Source: Methyloceanibacter sp. | Lineage (GTDB): Bacteria; Pseudomonadota; Alphaproteobacteria; Rhizobiales; Methyloligellaceae | DNA: 46,161 nt | Assembly (NCBI GenBank): GCA_050247995.1 | Contig: JBFWTF010000001.1 | Coordinates: 1 to 46,161 of the forward strand | Direction of reading: 5' to 3' | Shown: positions 37,834 to 46,161 of the stretch, piece by piece | Layout: each line of letters opens with the position of its first letter | Position numbering within the stretch: the stretch's first letter is position 1 | Notes under the pieces: model-generated | What the model was told of the DNA's origin: nothing | The model's database searches: none | What the model saw: the letters and a program-made list of their open reading frames with translations, nothing else | Position numbers and translations under genes: made by a program

Positions 37834-39456
37834 ATGTCCGTTACTGACGTTGGTGGGGAGAAACGCATATTTCTACGCAAGGCGTCCGGGCTGATCAGAA
37901 CGGCGAGTCTGACCGATACCTTCATCTACGATATCGGCGTGGTGAGCATCGGCCTCGGCGTGGGCTCGATGCTCTATTACGGCCCCGCCTTCTACCCGCA
38001 AGGCGATCTGATCTGGGGCTGCCTCATTGCCGGCATCGCCATGGCGATGATCGCATTTGGTTTCATCACCTGGACGATCACGCTTCCCCGCTCGGGCGGT
38101 ATCTACGTGTTCGGCTCGCGCATCCTGCCGCCGGCGCTCGCGCTGACCATGAGTCTGGTCGAGATCACGGCCTGGCTGTTCTATTGCGCCATCGCCGCCT
38201 ATTGGATCGTGATCCTGGCGCTTGCGCCCATGTTCGGGGCGCTCAACCTGCTTACCGGCAACGAGCTCTTCCTGACGATTTCGCAGACCATGCTCGAACC
38301 GTGGTGCACGTTCTTGATCGGATCGGCGATTCTGATCATTTCTCATATCGTGCTGTCCTACGGCATGCGCTTCTATCTCACCGTCAACAAATGGGTTTTC
38401 ATCCTGGCGATGGCGAGCACGGTTTTCATGATCGTGGTTCTTGCCATGAGCACGCGCGAGCAATTCGTCGCCAATCTCAACGAGCTCGTCGGCCCCTCGC
38501 TCGGCGTGCCCGACGCCTACAACGCGATCATCGCTAGCGGCAAGGAAAAGGGATGGGGCGAAGCCGGTTTCGACACCTGGCAGACCATCCTCGTCTCCAA
38601 TTGGCCGTTCCTGCCCTTGATCGGCGCGGCCTTCTCGATCGCCATCGGCGGCGAGATCAAATCCGTGGCGAAGTCGCAAACGATCGGAATGCTTGGCGCC
38701 ATCGTGTTGGCCACCGTGTGCTGGATGATCACCGTCTGGCTGGCCTACAAGGTGTTCGGCTTTGAGTTCCTCGGCACCGCCGTGTTTAACGTGCTGTCCG
38801 GCAACGGCGGACTGACGACGCCGACCGATCCGGCCGTGGCTCTTCTCACCGGCATTCTGACCAAGTCGGCACTCATCACGGTGCTGACCTCGCTCGGTCT
38901 TGCCTTGTGGATGTGGATGTGGATTCCGGCCATGCACACCTTCGGCGTCCGCGCCGTCGTCGCCTGGTCGTTCGATCAGGTCGCGCCGGCGCCGCTGGCG
39001 ACGATCTCGGAGAAGCACCACACGCCGATCGTCGCCATCACCGTCACCACGATCGTGAACCTGATCTTCATGGCGCTGTTCGTGTTCACGCCCTGGTTCT
39101 CAAAGATCGTGATCCTGATCGAAGCGGCGGTCTTGGCCTGGTCGGTGGTGCTGGCTGCGGGGATTTTCTTCCCCTATCTGCGGCCGCAAATCTATGAAAA
39201 GTCGCCGCTTGCCGGCAAGACGGTGTTCGGATTGCCGATCATGACGGTGGGCTGCTTCCTCGGCTTCATCGCCGCGCAGTTCTACTTCTGGACTCTGTAC
39301 AGCGACCCGAACGCTGCCGGTCACGAGCCGACGCAAGTGATGATCGTCGCGGGCGTGTTCGTGCTGGGGCTGGTGTTCTACTACGTGATGAAGTTCATCA
39401 AGAAGTCGCAAGGCATCGACGTGACGCTGGCATTCAAGGAAATCCCGATCGAATGA
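37834..39456 (+). CDS. APC family amino acid/amine permease
   Basis: FLRKASGLIR, PRSGGIYV, GGEIK, AWSFD, KEIPIE C-terminus; many TM helices. Confidence 0.88.
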   Translation: MSVTDVGGEKRIFLRKASGLIRTASLTDTFIYDIGVVSIGLGVGSMLYYGPAFYPQGDLIWGCLIAGIAMAMIAFGFITWTITLPRSGGIYVFGSRILPPALALTMSLVEITAWLFYCAIAAYWIVILALAPMFGALNLLTGNELFLTISQTMLEPWCTFLIGSAILIISHIVLSYGMRFYLTVNKWVFILAMASTVFMIVVLAMSTREQFVANLNELVGPSLGVPDAYNAIIASGKEKGWGEAGFDTWQTILVSNWPFLPLIGAAFSIAIGGEIKSVAKSQTIGMLGAIVLATVCWMITVWLAYKVFGFEFLGTAVFNVLSGNGGLTTPTDPAVALLTGILTKSALITVLTSLGLALWMWMWIPAMHTFGVRAVVAWSFDQVAPAPLATISEKHHTPIVAITVTTIVNLIFMALFVFTPWFSKIVILIEAAVLAWSVVLAAGIFFPYLRPQIYEKSPLAGKTVFGLPIMTVGCFLGFIAAQFYFWTLYSDPNAAGHEPTQVMIVAGVFVLGLVFYYVMKFIKKSQGIDVTLAFKEIPIE

Positions 39457-39468
39457 CGGAAGCGTCGG

Positions 39469-39518
39469 CATGATGGAAGGGGGGGAGCGGCGGATCGACC
39501 CGCTCCTTCCCCGTCATG
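39469..39518 (+). other. Long stem-loop after the permease
   Basis: gcatgatggaag...ggagcgg / ccgctcc-ttccccgtcatgc inverted repeat. Confidence 0.55.
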
Positions 39519-39587
39519 CGGCTAAGCGACCCCGAGACAAACCGCCCAAAACATGGAATGCTCCACGCAAATTGGCGAGGCTGAGTT

Positions 39588-40379
39588 GTGACCGAGATGC
39601 CTTCAGACCCGGGTCTCAATCTGGAATTCGTGGATGAGGCTTTGCGCCTCGTCAGTGACGCCGAGGCCGAAGGCATCCGGCTCAGGATCCTTGGCTCGAT
39701 CGCCTATCGGCTTCAATGCCCCAACAATCTGCATTTGTTCCAGGACACCAAGCGGGTCCTCACCGACGTCGATTTCGGCGCCGAGAAGAAACAGAACCGC
39801 GCCATACGCCAATTCCTCATGGCGCGGGGCTACGTGCCCGACGAAGGCATCTACGTGGCCTCGGAAGGCGCGCGCCACGCTTATCTGCACAAGGAGACCG
39901 GCCTCAATGTCGATGTCTTCGCCGACGAGCTCTATTTCTGCCACAGGATCCCGTTCAAGAACCGGCTCGATCTCGACAGTCCGACCATCTCGACCACGGA
40001 TCTGCTCCTCGAGAAGATGCAGATCGTCGAGATCAACTTGAAGGATTTCAAGGACACGGTGGTGCTGATGCTCGAGCATCCGCTCTCGCATCAGGAGGCC
40101 GGAGCGAAAGCGATCGACGTCTCCTACATCACCGACATGATGCGCCAGGATTGGGGCTTCTATTACACCTTCACCACCAACCTGAAACGCGTGCCGGAGC
40201 ATTTCGGCGAATTTCCCTCGATCCAGGAGCATCAGCGCATCCTGGTGCAAGACCGGATCAAGGCGCTGCTCGATGCGATCGAGGCGGTGCCGAAGACGCT
40301 GGGCTGGAAGATGCGCGCGAAGATCGGCACGCGCAGCCGCTGGTACCAGGAAGTCTCGGAGAAGGGACGCCAGTTCTGA
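39588..40379 (+). CDS. Uncharacterised nucleotidyltransferase-fold protein (alternative start ATG 39597)
   Basis: hGS (ILGSIA), DxD (TDVDF) and a third Asp (VDVF), the Pol-beta-type NTase pattern; DLLLEK. Confidence 0.65.
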   Translation: MTEMPSDPGLNLEFVDEALRLVSDAEAEGIRLRILGSIAYRLQCPNNLHLFQDTKRVLTDVDFGAEKKQNRAIRQFLMARGYVPDEGIYVASEGARHAYLHKETGLNVDVFADELYFCHRIPFKNRLDLDSPTISTTDLLLEKMQIVEINLKDFKDTVVLMLEHPLSHQEAGAKAIDVSYITDMMRQDWGFYYTFTTNLKRVPEHFGEFPSIQEHQRILVQDRIKALLDAIEAVPKTLGWKMRAKIGTRSRWYQEVSEKGRQF

Positions 40380-40404
40380 CCGGGGCGTGAATGAGCCGAG
40401 GACG

Positions 40405-41274
40405 ATGCCCGTGTCGAAGAATGCGCCCCTCACGCATGAAGCCTTCCGGCAAAGACAGAAGACCGTCGATCTCGACGGGCTGAGCTATCGGAAGCTGCGG
40501 GTCGCCTGGACCGAGCTCGGCGCAGGCGATCCCGTGATCCTGCTCCACGGCATCCCCACCTGGTCCTATCTCTATAATGACGTGATCCCGCTTCTGGCAG
40601 GAAGCGCCCGCGTGATCGCGCCCGATTTTCTCGGCCACGGCTATTCCGACAAGCGCGATTTCTTCGACCGCTCGCTTCGCGCCCAGACCGACATGATCCT
40701 CCGCTTCATGGATCATCTCGGTCTCGCGCGCGCGAGCTTCGTCGGCCACGACACCGGCGGCGGCGTCTCGCTCATCATGGCGATCGAGCATCCCGAGCGC
40801 GTCGATAGGCTCGTCTTGACCAATGTCGTCGCTTACGACTCCTGGCCGATCGACGACATGATCGCTCTCGGCAATCCCAACTGGCGGAGCAAGACCCCGC
40901 AAGAGGTCGCGGACTTTCTCGCCGCGGGCCTGCCCGACGGCATCCACAACAAGGATCGGCTCACCGAGGCGTTCAAGACGGGCATCGTCGCGCCCTATAG
41001 CGACGAGGAAGGCAAGATCTCCATCATCCGCAACGCGAGCGCGCTCAACACCAACCACACCACCATGCTGGTCGAGCGGCATGGCGAGATCGCGGCGCCG
41101 ACGCTCTGCCTGTGGGGCGTGCACGATCCCTGGCAGACGATCGCGGACGGTGAGAGGCTCGCGCGCGAAATTCCCGATGCCCGGCTCGTGCGGGTGCAGA
41201 ACGCCTCGCACTGGATTCCGCACGACACGCCCGACATCTTCGCCCGCGAGATCGGCCGCTTTCTCGGCGCCTGA
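40405..41274 (+). CDS. Alpha/beta hydrolase with Asp nucleophile (epoxide hydrolase / dehalogenase-like)
   Basis: HGIP, PDFLGHGYS, GHDTGGG, WGVHDPW, ASHW. Confidence 0.85.
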   Translation: MPVSKNAPLTHEAFRQRQKTVDLDGLSYRKLRVAWTELGAGDPVILLHGIPTWSYLYNDVIPLLAGSARVIAPDFLGHGYSDKRDFFDRSLRAQTDMILRFMDHLGLARASFVGHDTGGGVSLIMAIEHPERVDRLVLTNVVAYDSWPIDDMIALGNPNWRSKTPQEVADFLAAGLPDGIHNKDRLTEAFKTGIVAPYSDEEGKISIIRNASALNTNHTTMLVERHGEIAAPTLCLWGVHDPWQTIADGERLAREIPDARLVRVQNASHWIPHDTPDIFAREIGRFLGA

Positions 41275-41418
41275 GGCGCTGACGGCTCATGCGAGCCTCA
41301 AGTTCCAGGGCTTCGGCGCGCAAGGCGCGCGCAGCGACAGGCCCATTCTGGCCTTCCTTGATCGCGGTGAGGGCCTCCATTAGCGTAGCCGCGAGCTCCC
41401 AGCCGCGGAACATCGATC

Positions 41419-43788
41419 GTGAGCCTCTCCGCCGACCAGACCTTCCGGCCAGGACCGCCCAGGCCCTCTCTCGTCTTGCAGCCCGGCTTGCGTGCGCTTG
41501 GCCCCGGCGAGGAGCGCTACACCGTGCCGGGCGGCGGCGTCATCGCCGTGCCGGTCTTTGCCGGCGACCGCGTGCGCGTCGTCGATCTCGAGGGCATGCA
41601 GGTTTGCGAACTGGCCGCGGCCGATGCGGAAGGCCGGCTCGATCTTACCGTTCTCGGCGCAAGCGGCGGCAGCGATGCGATCGGCCTCAAGCGGGCCTTG
41701 AGCGCCGACGATGAGAGCGCGCGCATCGTTCGCACCGGGCTCGCGCGGCGCGGCATCGATTTGGCCAGTGCCCGCGCCGTGACTCTGTTCGGCGGCGAAT
41801 CCCGTCCGGGCGAGTCCGCCGAGTTCACCGTGACGCGTAATGGCCTTCTCCTCGCCGCGGCGCCCGCCGAGGCGATGGAGGCGGGGGCGCAAGCCACCGC
41901 GACGCCCATCCGCGTGCACGTCACGCGGAGCCGCATCCTCAAGCCGAACGAGACCCCGTTGCCCGAGCCGCTCGCCGACCCCTTGCAGGATATCCGCGTG
42001 GCGAGCGCGACGGCTGAGGCCTATGTCGTCAAGGCCGGCGAGTACATCCAGATCATCGACGTTGCCGGGCGCCAATGCACCGACTTCCAGTGCTTCTCCG
42101 CCCGCAAGCTCGACAAGGGTGCCGAGCGCCCGCTCGACCCGACCACGACGCGCTCGCTCGTCGGTCAGAGCTATCCGCTCCCCGGGCTGTTCTCCAAGGC
42201 CTTCGATCAGGACATGGAGCCGCTCGTCGAGGTGGTGCGCGACACGGTCGGGCGCCACGACGCCTTCGCGGTGGCCTGCTTCGCGCGCTACTACGAGGAC
42301 CAAGGCTATCCCGGCCATGCCAATTGCACCGACAATTTCAACGGCGAGCTCGCCGCTTACGGGATCGCCCCGCGCAAGGGCTGGATGGCGCTCAACTTCT
42401 TCTACAACACCGGGATCGACCAGAATAACGTGATCTATTTCGACGAGCCGTGGTCGCGTCCCGGCGACTACGTGCTCATGCGGGCGCTCACCGATATCGT
42501 GTGCGTGTCATCGGCCTGTCCCGACGACATCGATCCGGTCAACGGATGGAACCCGACGGACATTCATGTCCGCACCTATTCCGGCAAGCAGAGCTTCTCA
42601 AGAGCGACGGCCTACAGAATGACCCCAGACGCCGAACCCCAACTCACCCGCGAGACCGCCTTCCACCCGCGCCTCTCGGCGCTGACGCGCAACTTCACCG
42701 CCTATCGCGGCTACTGGCTCCCCAACCGCTTCAGCGGCGACGGGCCGATCGCCGAATATTGGGCTTGCCGCGAGCGCGCGGTCATCATGGACCTTTCGCC
42801 GTTGCGCAAATTCGAGGTGACGGGCCCCGACGCCGAGGCGCTCTTGCAATACGCGCTGACCCGCAACATCCGCAAATTGGGCGTAGGCCACGTCGTCTAT
42901 ACCGCCATGTGCTACGAGCATGGCGGCATGATCGACGACGGCACGCTGTTCCGCCTCGGCGACAACAATTTCCGCTGGGTCGGCGGCGACGACTATGGCG
43001 GCGTCTGGCTGCGCGAGCTTGCCGAGAAGCTCGGCCTCAAGGCCTGGGTGCGCTCCTCGACCGACCAGCTGCACAACGTGGCGGTGCAGGGGCCGAAGAG
43101 CCGCGACATCTTGCGCGAGGTCATCTGGACGCCGCCGGCGCAGCCCGGCTTGGACGAGCTCGGCTGGTTCCGCTTCACCGTCGGCCGCATCGGCGGCTTC
43201 GAAGGCCCCTCCGTCGTCGTCTCGCGCACCGGTTATACCGGAGAGCTCGGCTACGAAATCTTCTGCCATCCCAAGGACGCGCTCGCGGTTTTCGACGCGA
43301 TCTGGAAGGAAGGCGAGCCGCATGGCTTGACGCCGCTCGGGCTTGAGGCGCTCGACATGGTGCGCATCGAAGCCGGCCTCGTCTTCGCCGGCTACGAATT
43401 CTGCGATCAGACCGACCCGTTCGAGGCCGGCATCGGCTTCACCGTGCCGCTCAACTCGAAGAACGACGATTTTATCGGCCGCGACGCGCTCCTCGAGCGG
43501 CACGCGCATCCGCATCGGAAACTCGTCGGGCTCGAGATGGAGGGCGAGGAAGCGGTCAAGCATGGCGACTGCGTCCATGTCGGCCGCGCGCAGATCGGCA
43601 CCGTCACGAGCGCTACCCGCTCGCCGATCCTGAAGAAGACGATCGCGCTTGCCCGCGTCGATGTCGCCCATAGCGCGATCGGCACCGAGGTCGAAGTCGG
43701 CAAGCTCGACGGCCAGCAGAAGCGGTTGCCGGCACGGATCGTGCGCTTCCCGCATTACGATCCGGACAAGACGCGGGTGCGCGCGTAA
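41419..43788 (+). CDS. tdm: Trimethylamine N-oxide demethylase (DUF1989 + GcvT-like THF-binding domain)
   Basis: Two DUF1989-like repeats (EGMQVCE, GRQCTDF), HD...C, HANC and SACPDD metal ligands, GcvT motifs DLSPL and SRTGYTGELGYE; adjacent to tmm. Confidence 0.85.
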   Translation: MSLSADQTFRPGPPRPSLVLQPGLRALGPGEERYTVPGGGVIAVPVFAGDRVRVVDLEGMQVCELAAADAEGRLDLTVLGASGGSDAIGLKRALSADDESARIVRTGLARRGIDLASARAVTLFGGESRPGESAEFTVTRNGLLLAAAPAEAMEAGAQATATPIRVHVTRSRILKPNETPLPEPLADPLQDIRVASATAEAYVVKAGEYIQIIDVAGRQCTDFQCFSARKLDKGAERPLDPTTTRSLVGQSYPLPGLFSKAFDQDMEPLVEVVRDTVGRHDAFAVACFARYYEDQGYPGHANCTDNFNGELAAYGIAPRKGWMALNFFYNTGIDQNNVIYFDEPWSRPGDYVLMRALTDIVCVSSACPDDIDPVNGWNPTDIHVRTYSGKQSFSRATAYRMTPDAEPQLTRETAFHPRLSALTRNFTAYRGYWLPNRFSGDGPIAEYWACRERAVIMDLSPLRKFEVTGPDAEALLQYALTRNIRKLGVGHVVYTAMCYEHGGMIDDGTLFRLGDNNFRWVGGDDYGGVWLRELAEKLGLKAWVRSSTDQLHNVAVQGPKSRDILREVIWTPPAQPGLDELGWFRFTVGRIGGFEGPSVVVSRTGYTGELGYEIFCHPKDALAVFDAIWKEGEPHGLTPLGLEALDMVRIEAGLVFAGYEFCDQTDPFEAGIGFTVPLNSKNDDFIGRDALLERHAHPHRKLVGLEMEGEEAVKHGDCVHVGRAQIGTVTSATRSPILKKTIALARVDVAHSAIGTEVEVGKLDGQQKRLPARIVRFPHYDPDKTRVRA

Positions 43789-43815
43789 GGCGCAGGCGCC
43801 CCGCGCTGGCGCGCC

Positions 43816-45162
43816 CTATTTCTTGACCGCGAGGAACGTCTTCATTGTGTCGTCCATGGCCTCGATCCACGGCGTGTGATGGATCGGCGCCATGGTGCCG
43901 GTGCAGGGCGACTTGAACGCCTTGTTGCGGTAGCCGAGGATCGATTCCTGCTTGTCGTGCTCCCACTCCTTGAATTCGTCCACCGTCATGTCGATGTCGA
44001 ATTTCGGATAGTCGGTCACCGCGCACAGGTCGCGGACGTAATCCGCCTGGAAGTCGATCTTCTCGAACGCGTCCTTCAGCGCCTCTTCGCGCTTGACCCA
44101 TTTCTCGTCGTCTTTCTGCATCTCCGCCTTCGACGGCAGCGGGATCCGTCCTAGGATCACGTCGCGCGCGTACCAGGCCTGCGCGTCGAACATGGTGAAG
44201 GTGTAGAACTGATCCTGCATGCCGAGATAGAGCAGCTTCGGATTGTCGATCCAGAAAATGCCCTTGTAGAGGTGCGGCGGATGCATGCGGTTATGGGTGC
44301 GGAGCTTGAGCTGATCCTCCAGGAACGGGAAGTGATGCTTGTAACCGGTGCAGAGGATGATCGCGTCGAAGTCCTTGCTCGATCCGTCCTTGAAGTGAGC
44401 GGTCTTGCCTTCGATCTTGACCAGCAGCGGCCGCTCGTCCATGCCCTTCGGCCATTTGAAGCCCATCGGCACCGTGCGCCAGCACGTCGTCACGGATTTC
44501 GCGCCGTATTTGTGGCACTGAAGCGCGATGTCCTCGGCCGAGTAGCTCGCGCCGACGATCAGCAGGTCCTTGCCCTTGAACTCGTCGGCGCTGCGGAAGT
44601 CGTGCGCGTGCAGGACGCGGCCCGGGAACAGCTCGATGCCGGGGAAAGACGGCACGTTCGGCACGGAAAAATGGCCGCTCGCCACGACCACCCAGTCGAA
44701 CATTTCGGTGCGGAGCGTGTTGTCGGTCAGGCGCTCGACGGTCACCGAGAATTTGCCGGAAGCTTTGTCGTAATGAACGCCGCGGACGGCCGTGTTGAAC
44801 TGGATCCAGGACCTGATGTTGCTGTTCTTCGCGCGCCCGAGAATGTAGTCGTAGAGCACCTCGCGCGGCGGGAAAGAGGGAATGGGCTGCTTGAAGTGAT
44901 CGTCGAAGGTGTAGTCGGCGAACTCGAGGCACTCCTTGGGGCCGTTCGACCAGAGATAGCGGTACATGCTGCAATGGACCGGCTCGCCGTGCTCGTCGGT
45001 TCCGCAGCGCCACGTATAGTTCCATAGGCCGCCCCAATCGCTCTGCTTTTCGAAGCAGACGATCTCCGGAATGGCCGCCCCCTTGGCTTTCGCCTGCTGA
45101 AATGCCCGCAATAGTCCGAGGCCGCATGGGCCCGCACCGATGACTGCGACACGATCAGTCAT
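43816..45162 (-). CDS. tmm: Flavin-containing trimethylamine monooxygenase
   Basis: GAGPCG, SMYRYLWSNGPKECLEF, FPGRVLHAHDFR, GASYSAED, CTGY, MQDQFYTF. Confidence 0.9.
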   Translation of the reverse strand: MTDRVAVIGAGPCGLGLLRAFQQAKAKGAAIPEIVCFEKQSDWGGLWNYTWRCGTDEHGEPVHCSMYRYLWSNGPKECLEFADYTFDDHFKQPIPSFPPREVLYDYILGRAKNSNIRSWIQFNTAVRGVHYDKASGKFSVTVERLTDNTLRTEMFDWVVVASGHFSVPNVPSFPGIELFPGRVLHAHDFRSADEFKGKDLLIVGASYSAEDIALQCHKYGAKSVTTCWRTVPMGFKWPKGMDERPLLVKIEGKTAHFKDGSSKDFDAIILCTGYKHHFPFLEDQLKLRTHNRMHPPHLYKGIFWIDNPKLLYLGMQDQFYTFTMFDAQAWYARDVILGRIPLPSKAEMQKDDEKWVKREEALKDAFEKIDFQADYVRDLCAVTDYPKFDIDMTVDEFKEWEHDKQESILGYRNKAFKSPCTGTMAPIHHTPWIEAMDDTMKTFLAVKK

Positions 45163-45269
45163 GACACACTCCCTCGCTCAAACCTGCCGCGCACGCATTT
45201 TGCTGCCGGCGACCGCGCGACCGTCGCGCGGCGAGCTACTTTAATTTGACATTTTGGGCCGCGCTATTG

Positions 45270-45303
45270 AAACCAAAGTGGCACCTCTAAAAACCAAAGT
45301 GGC
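45270..45303. promoter_or_regulatory. 13-bp perfect direct repeat AAACCAAAGTGGC x2 in the tmm/SBP divergent promoter
   Basis: Copies at 45270 and 45291, a 21-bp period. Confidence 0.7.
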
Positions 45304-45441
45304 TCCTATTGTTCTGGATTTGGCAACGGCGCTAAGCTCGCAGCATCTGCGGGTTAGCCTGCGGAGTGACTGTGCGCGAGCAAGCCGAGGCGGATGCGGG
45401 CGCTATTGAGCGGTGCCGCCGGAGCAATGTGGAGGGTACCA

Positions 45442-46161
45442 ATGCCGACCAACTTGAAGCCAAGCGCAATGAACCGCCGCCAATTTCTCTCAACCACCGC
45501 CATGGCGACGCTGATGGCGGGCCTGCCGCTGCAAAGATTCGCGTTCGGAGCCGACAAGGTCGTGAAGATCGGCTTCCTTGCGCCGCTGACCGGCGCCGTT
45601 GCGGCGTGGGGAAAGCCCGGGCTCGACGGCTGCCAGATTTGGGCCGATTGGGTCAATGAGGCCGGCGGCGTCCAAATCGGCGACGACGCCTACAAGGTCG
45701 AGTTTGTCGCCTACGACGACGAATACGATCCGGGCAAGGCCCGCACCGGTGCCGTCAAGCTCATCAAGGAAGACGGCGTGAAGTTCATCATGATGCTGGG
45801 CGGCGATCCCTGGCCCGGCGTCTTCCCGGTGGCGCAGAAGGAAGAGATGCTGGTCTCGACGCTCCTGCCGAGCGATCTCACGCCCGAAACCACGATGCTG
45901 GTCGCGCCGTGCGAGGTGCATCCCATCTATAACGTTACTGGCGTGGAGTGGCTCGCCGAGAACAAGCCCGAGCTGAAGACCGCCGTCATCTGCGCCCAGG
46001 ACGACTCGCTCGGCAAGCCTTCCGTGGCGACCTATCTCGCCGCCTTCGAGGCCGCCGGCATCAAGGTCTTGGGCGATCCGATCTTCTTCGATCCGGCGAC
46101 CACAGACTTCGCGCCGATCATGTCCAAGATGTTGGGTCTCAAGCCCGACATCATCTGCCTC
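45442..46161 (+). CDS. LivJ/UrtA-like ABC substrate-binding protein with Tat-like leader (3' truncated by the window)
   Basis: GGAGG RBS, MNRRQFL, VKIGFLAPLTG, VNEAGGV, YDDEYDP; open to the window end and absent from the ORF track. Confidence 0.85.
   Translation, partial: MPTNLKPSAMNRRQFLSTTAMATLMAGLPLQRFAFGADKVVKIGFLAPLTGAVAAWGKPGLDGCQIWADWVNEAGGVQIGDDAYKVEFVAYDDEYDPGKARTGAVKLIKEDGVKFIMMLGGDPWPGVFPVAQKEEMLVSTLLPSDLTPETTMLVAPCEVHPIYNVTGVEWLAENKPELKTAVICAQDDSLGKPSVATYLAAFEAAGIKVLGDPIFFDPATTDFAPIMSKMLGLKPDIICL

Noticed and set aside
39588-40379. AbiEii/MNT toxin-antitoxin or defence nucleotidyltransferase
   Set aside because: No adjacent AbiEi, HEPN or effector gene; the context is a metabolic operon.
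45279-45296. Sigma-54 promoter at TGGCAC
   Set aside because: The -12 TTGC element is missing; the sequence is part of the direct repeat.
1-46161. CRISPR arrays, rRNA/tRNA, transposases, integrases
   Set aside because: No repeat-spacer arrays, structural RNA signatures or recombinase motifs were seen.

Overview
High-GC window, most likely from an alphaproteobacterium (Hyphomicrobiales-like; inferred from gene content and a CIR/RIME-type repeat). It is densely packed with genes for organic-nitrogen (amine and guanidine) catabolism. (1) 1-9.3 kb, minus strand: Lrp regulator, ABC transporter with an embedded glutamine-synthetase-like ligase, hypB, hypA, a tandem MfmA/MfmB-like (metformin/dimethylguanidine hydrolase) ureohydrolase pair, ureE, ureF. 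hypA and ureF carry in-frame stop codons. (2) 9.5-15 kb: LOG protein, glk, a small secreted protein, an SDR and prpE. (3) 15.1-27.5 kb: an apparent amino-alcohol regulon with no microcompartment shell genes in view. It holds a PLP phospho-lyase-like enzyme, a fused alpha-beta B12 diol-dehydratase-like enzyme with an altered pocket plus its gamma subunit, a cysteine amidase, a Pot-type ABC transporter, an aminopropanol-dehydrogenase-like SDR, AraC and an APH-type kinase. Four of its promoters share a GTCAA motif. (4) 27.7-31.2 kb: a GdmH-like ureohydrolase variant with a tiny HPGH membrane peptide, LysR and a DMT transporter. (5) 31.2-41.3 kb: a TetR-centred divergent module of unknown function (DUF1116, MetX-like hydrolase, flavoprotein; GS-like ligase, metallophosphoesterase, APC permease, nucleotidyltransferase-fold protein, alpha/beta hydrolase). 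(6) tdm, tmm and a truncated ABC binding protein. No rRNA, tRNA, CRISPR array or transposase was seen. Comparisons with reference proteins are from memory and need confirming by alignment.
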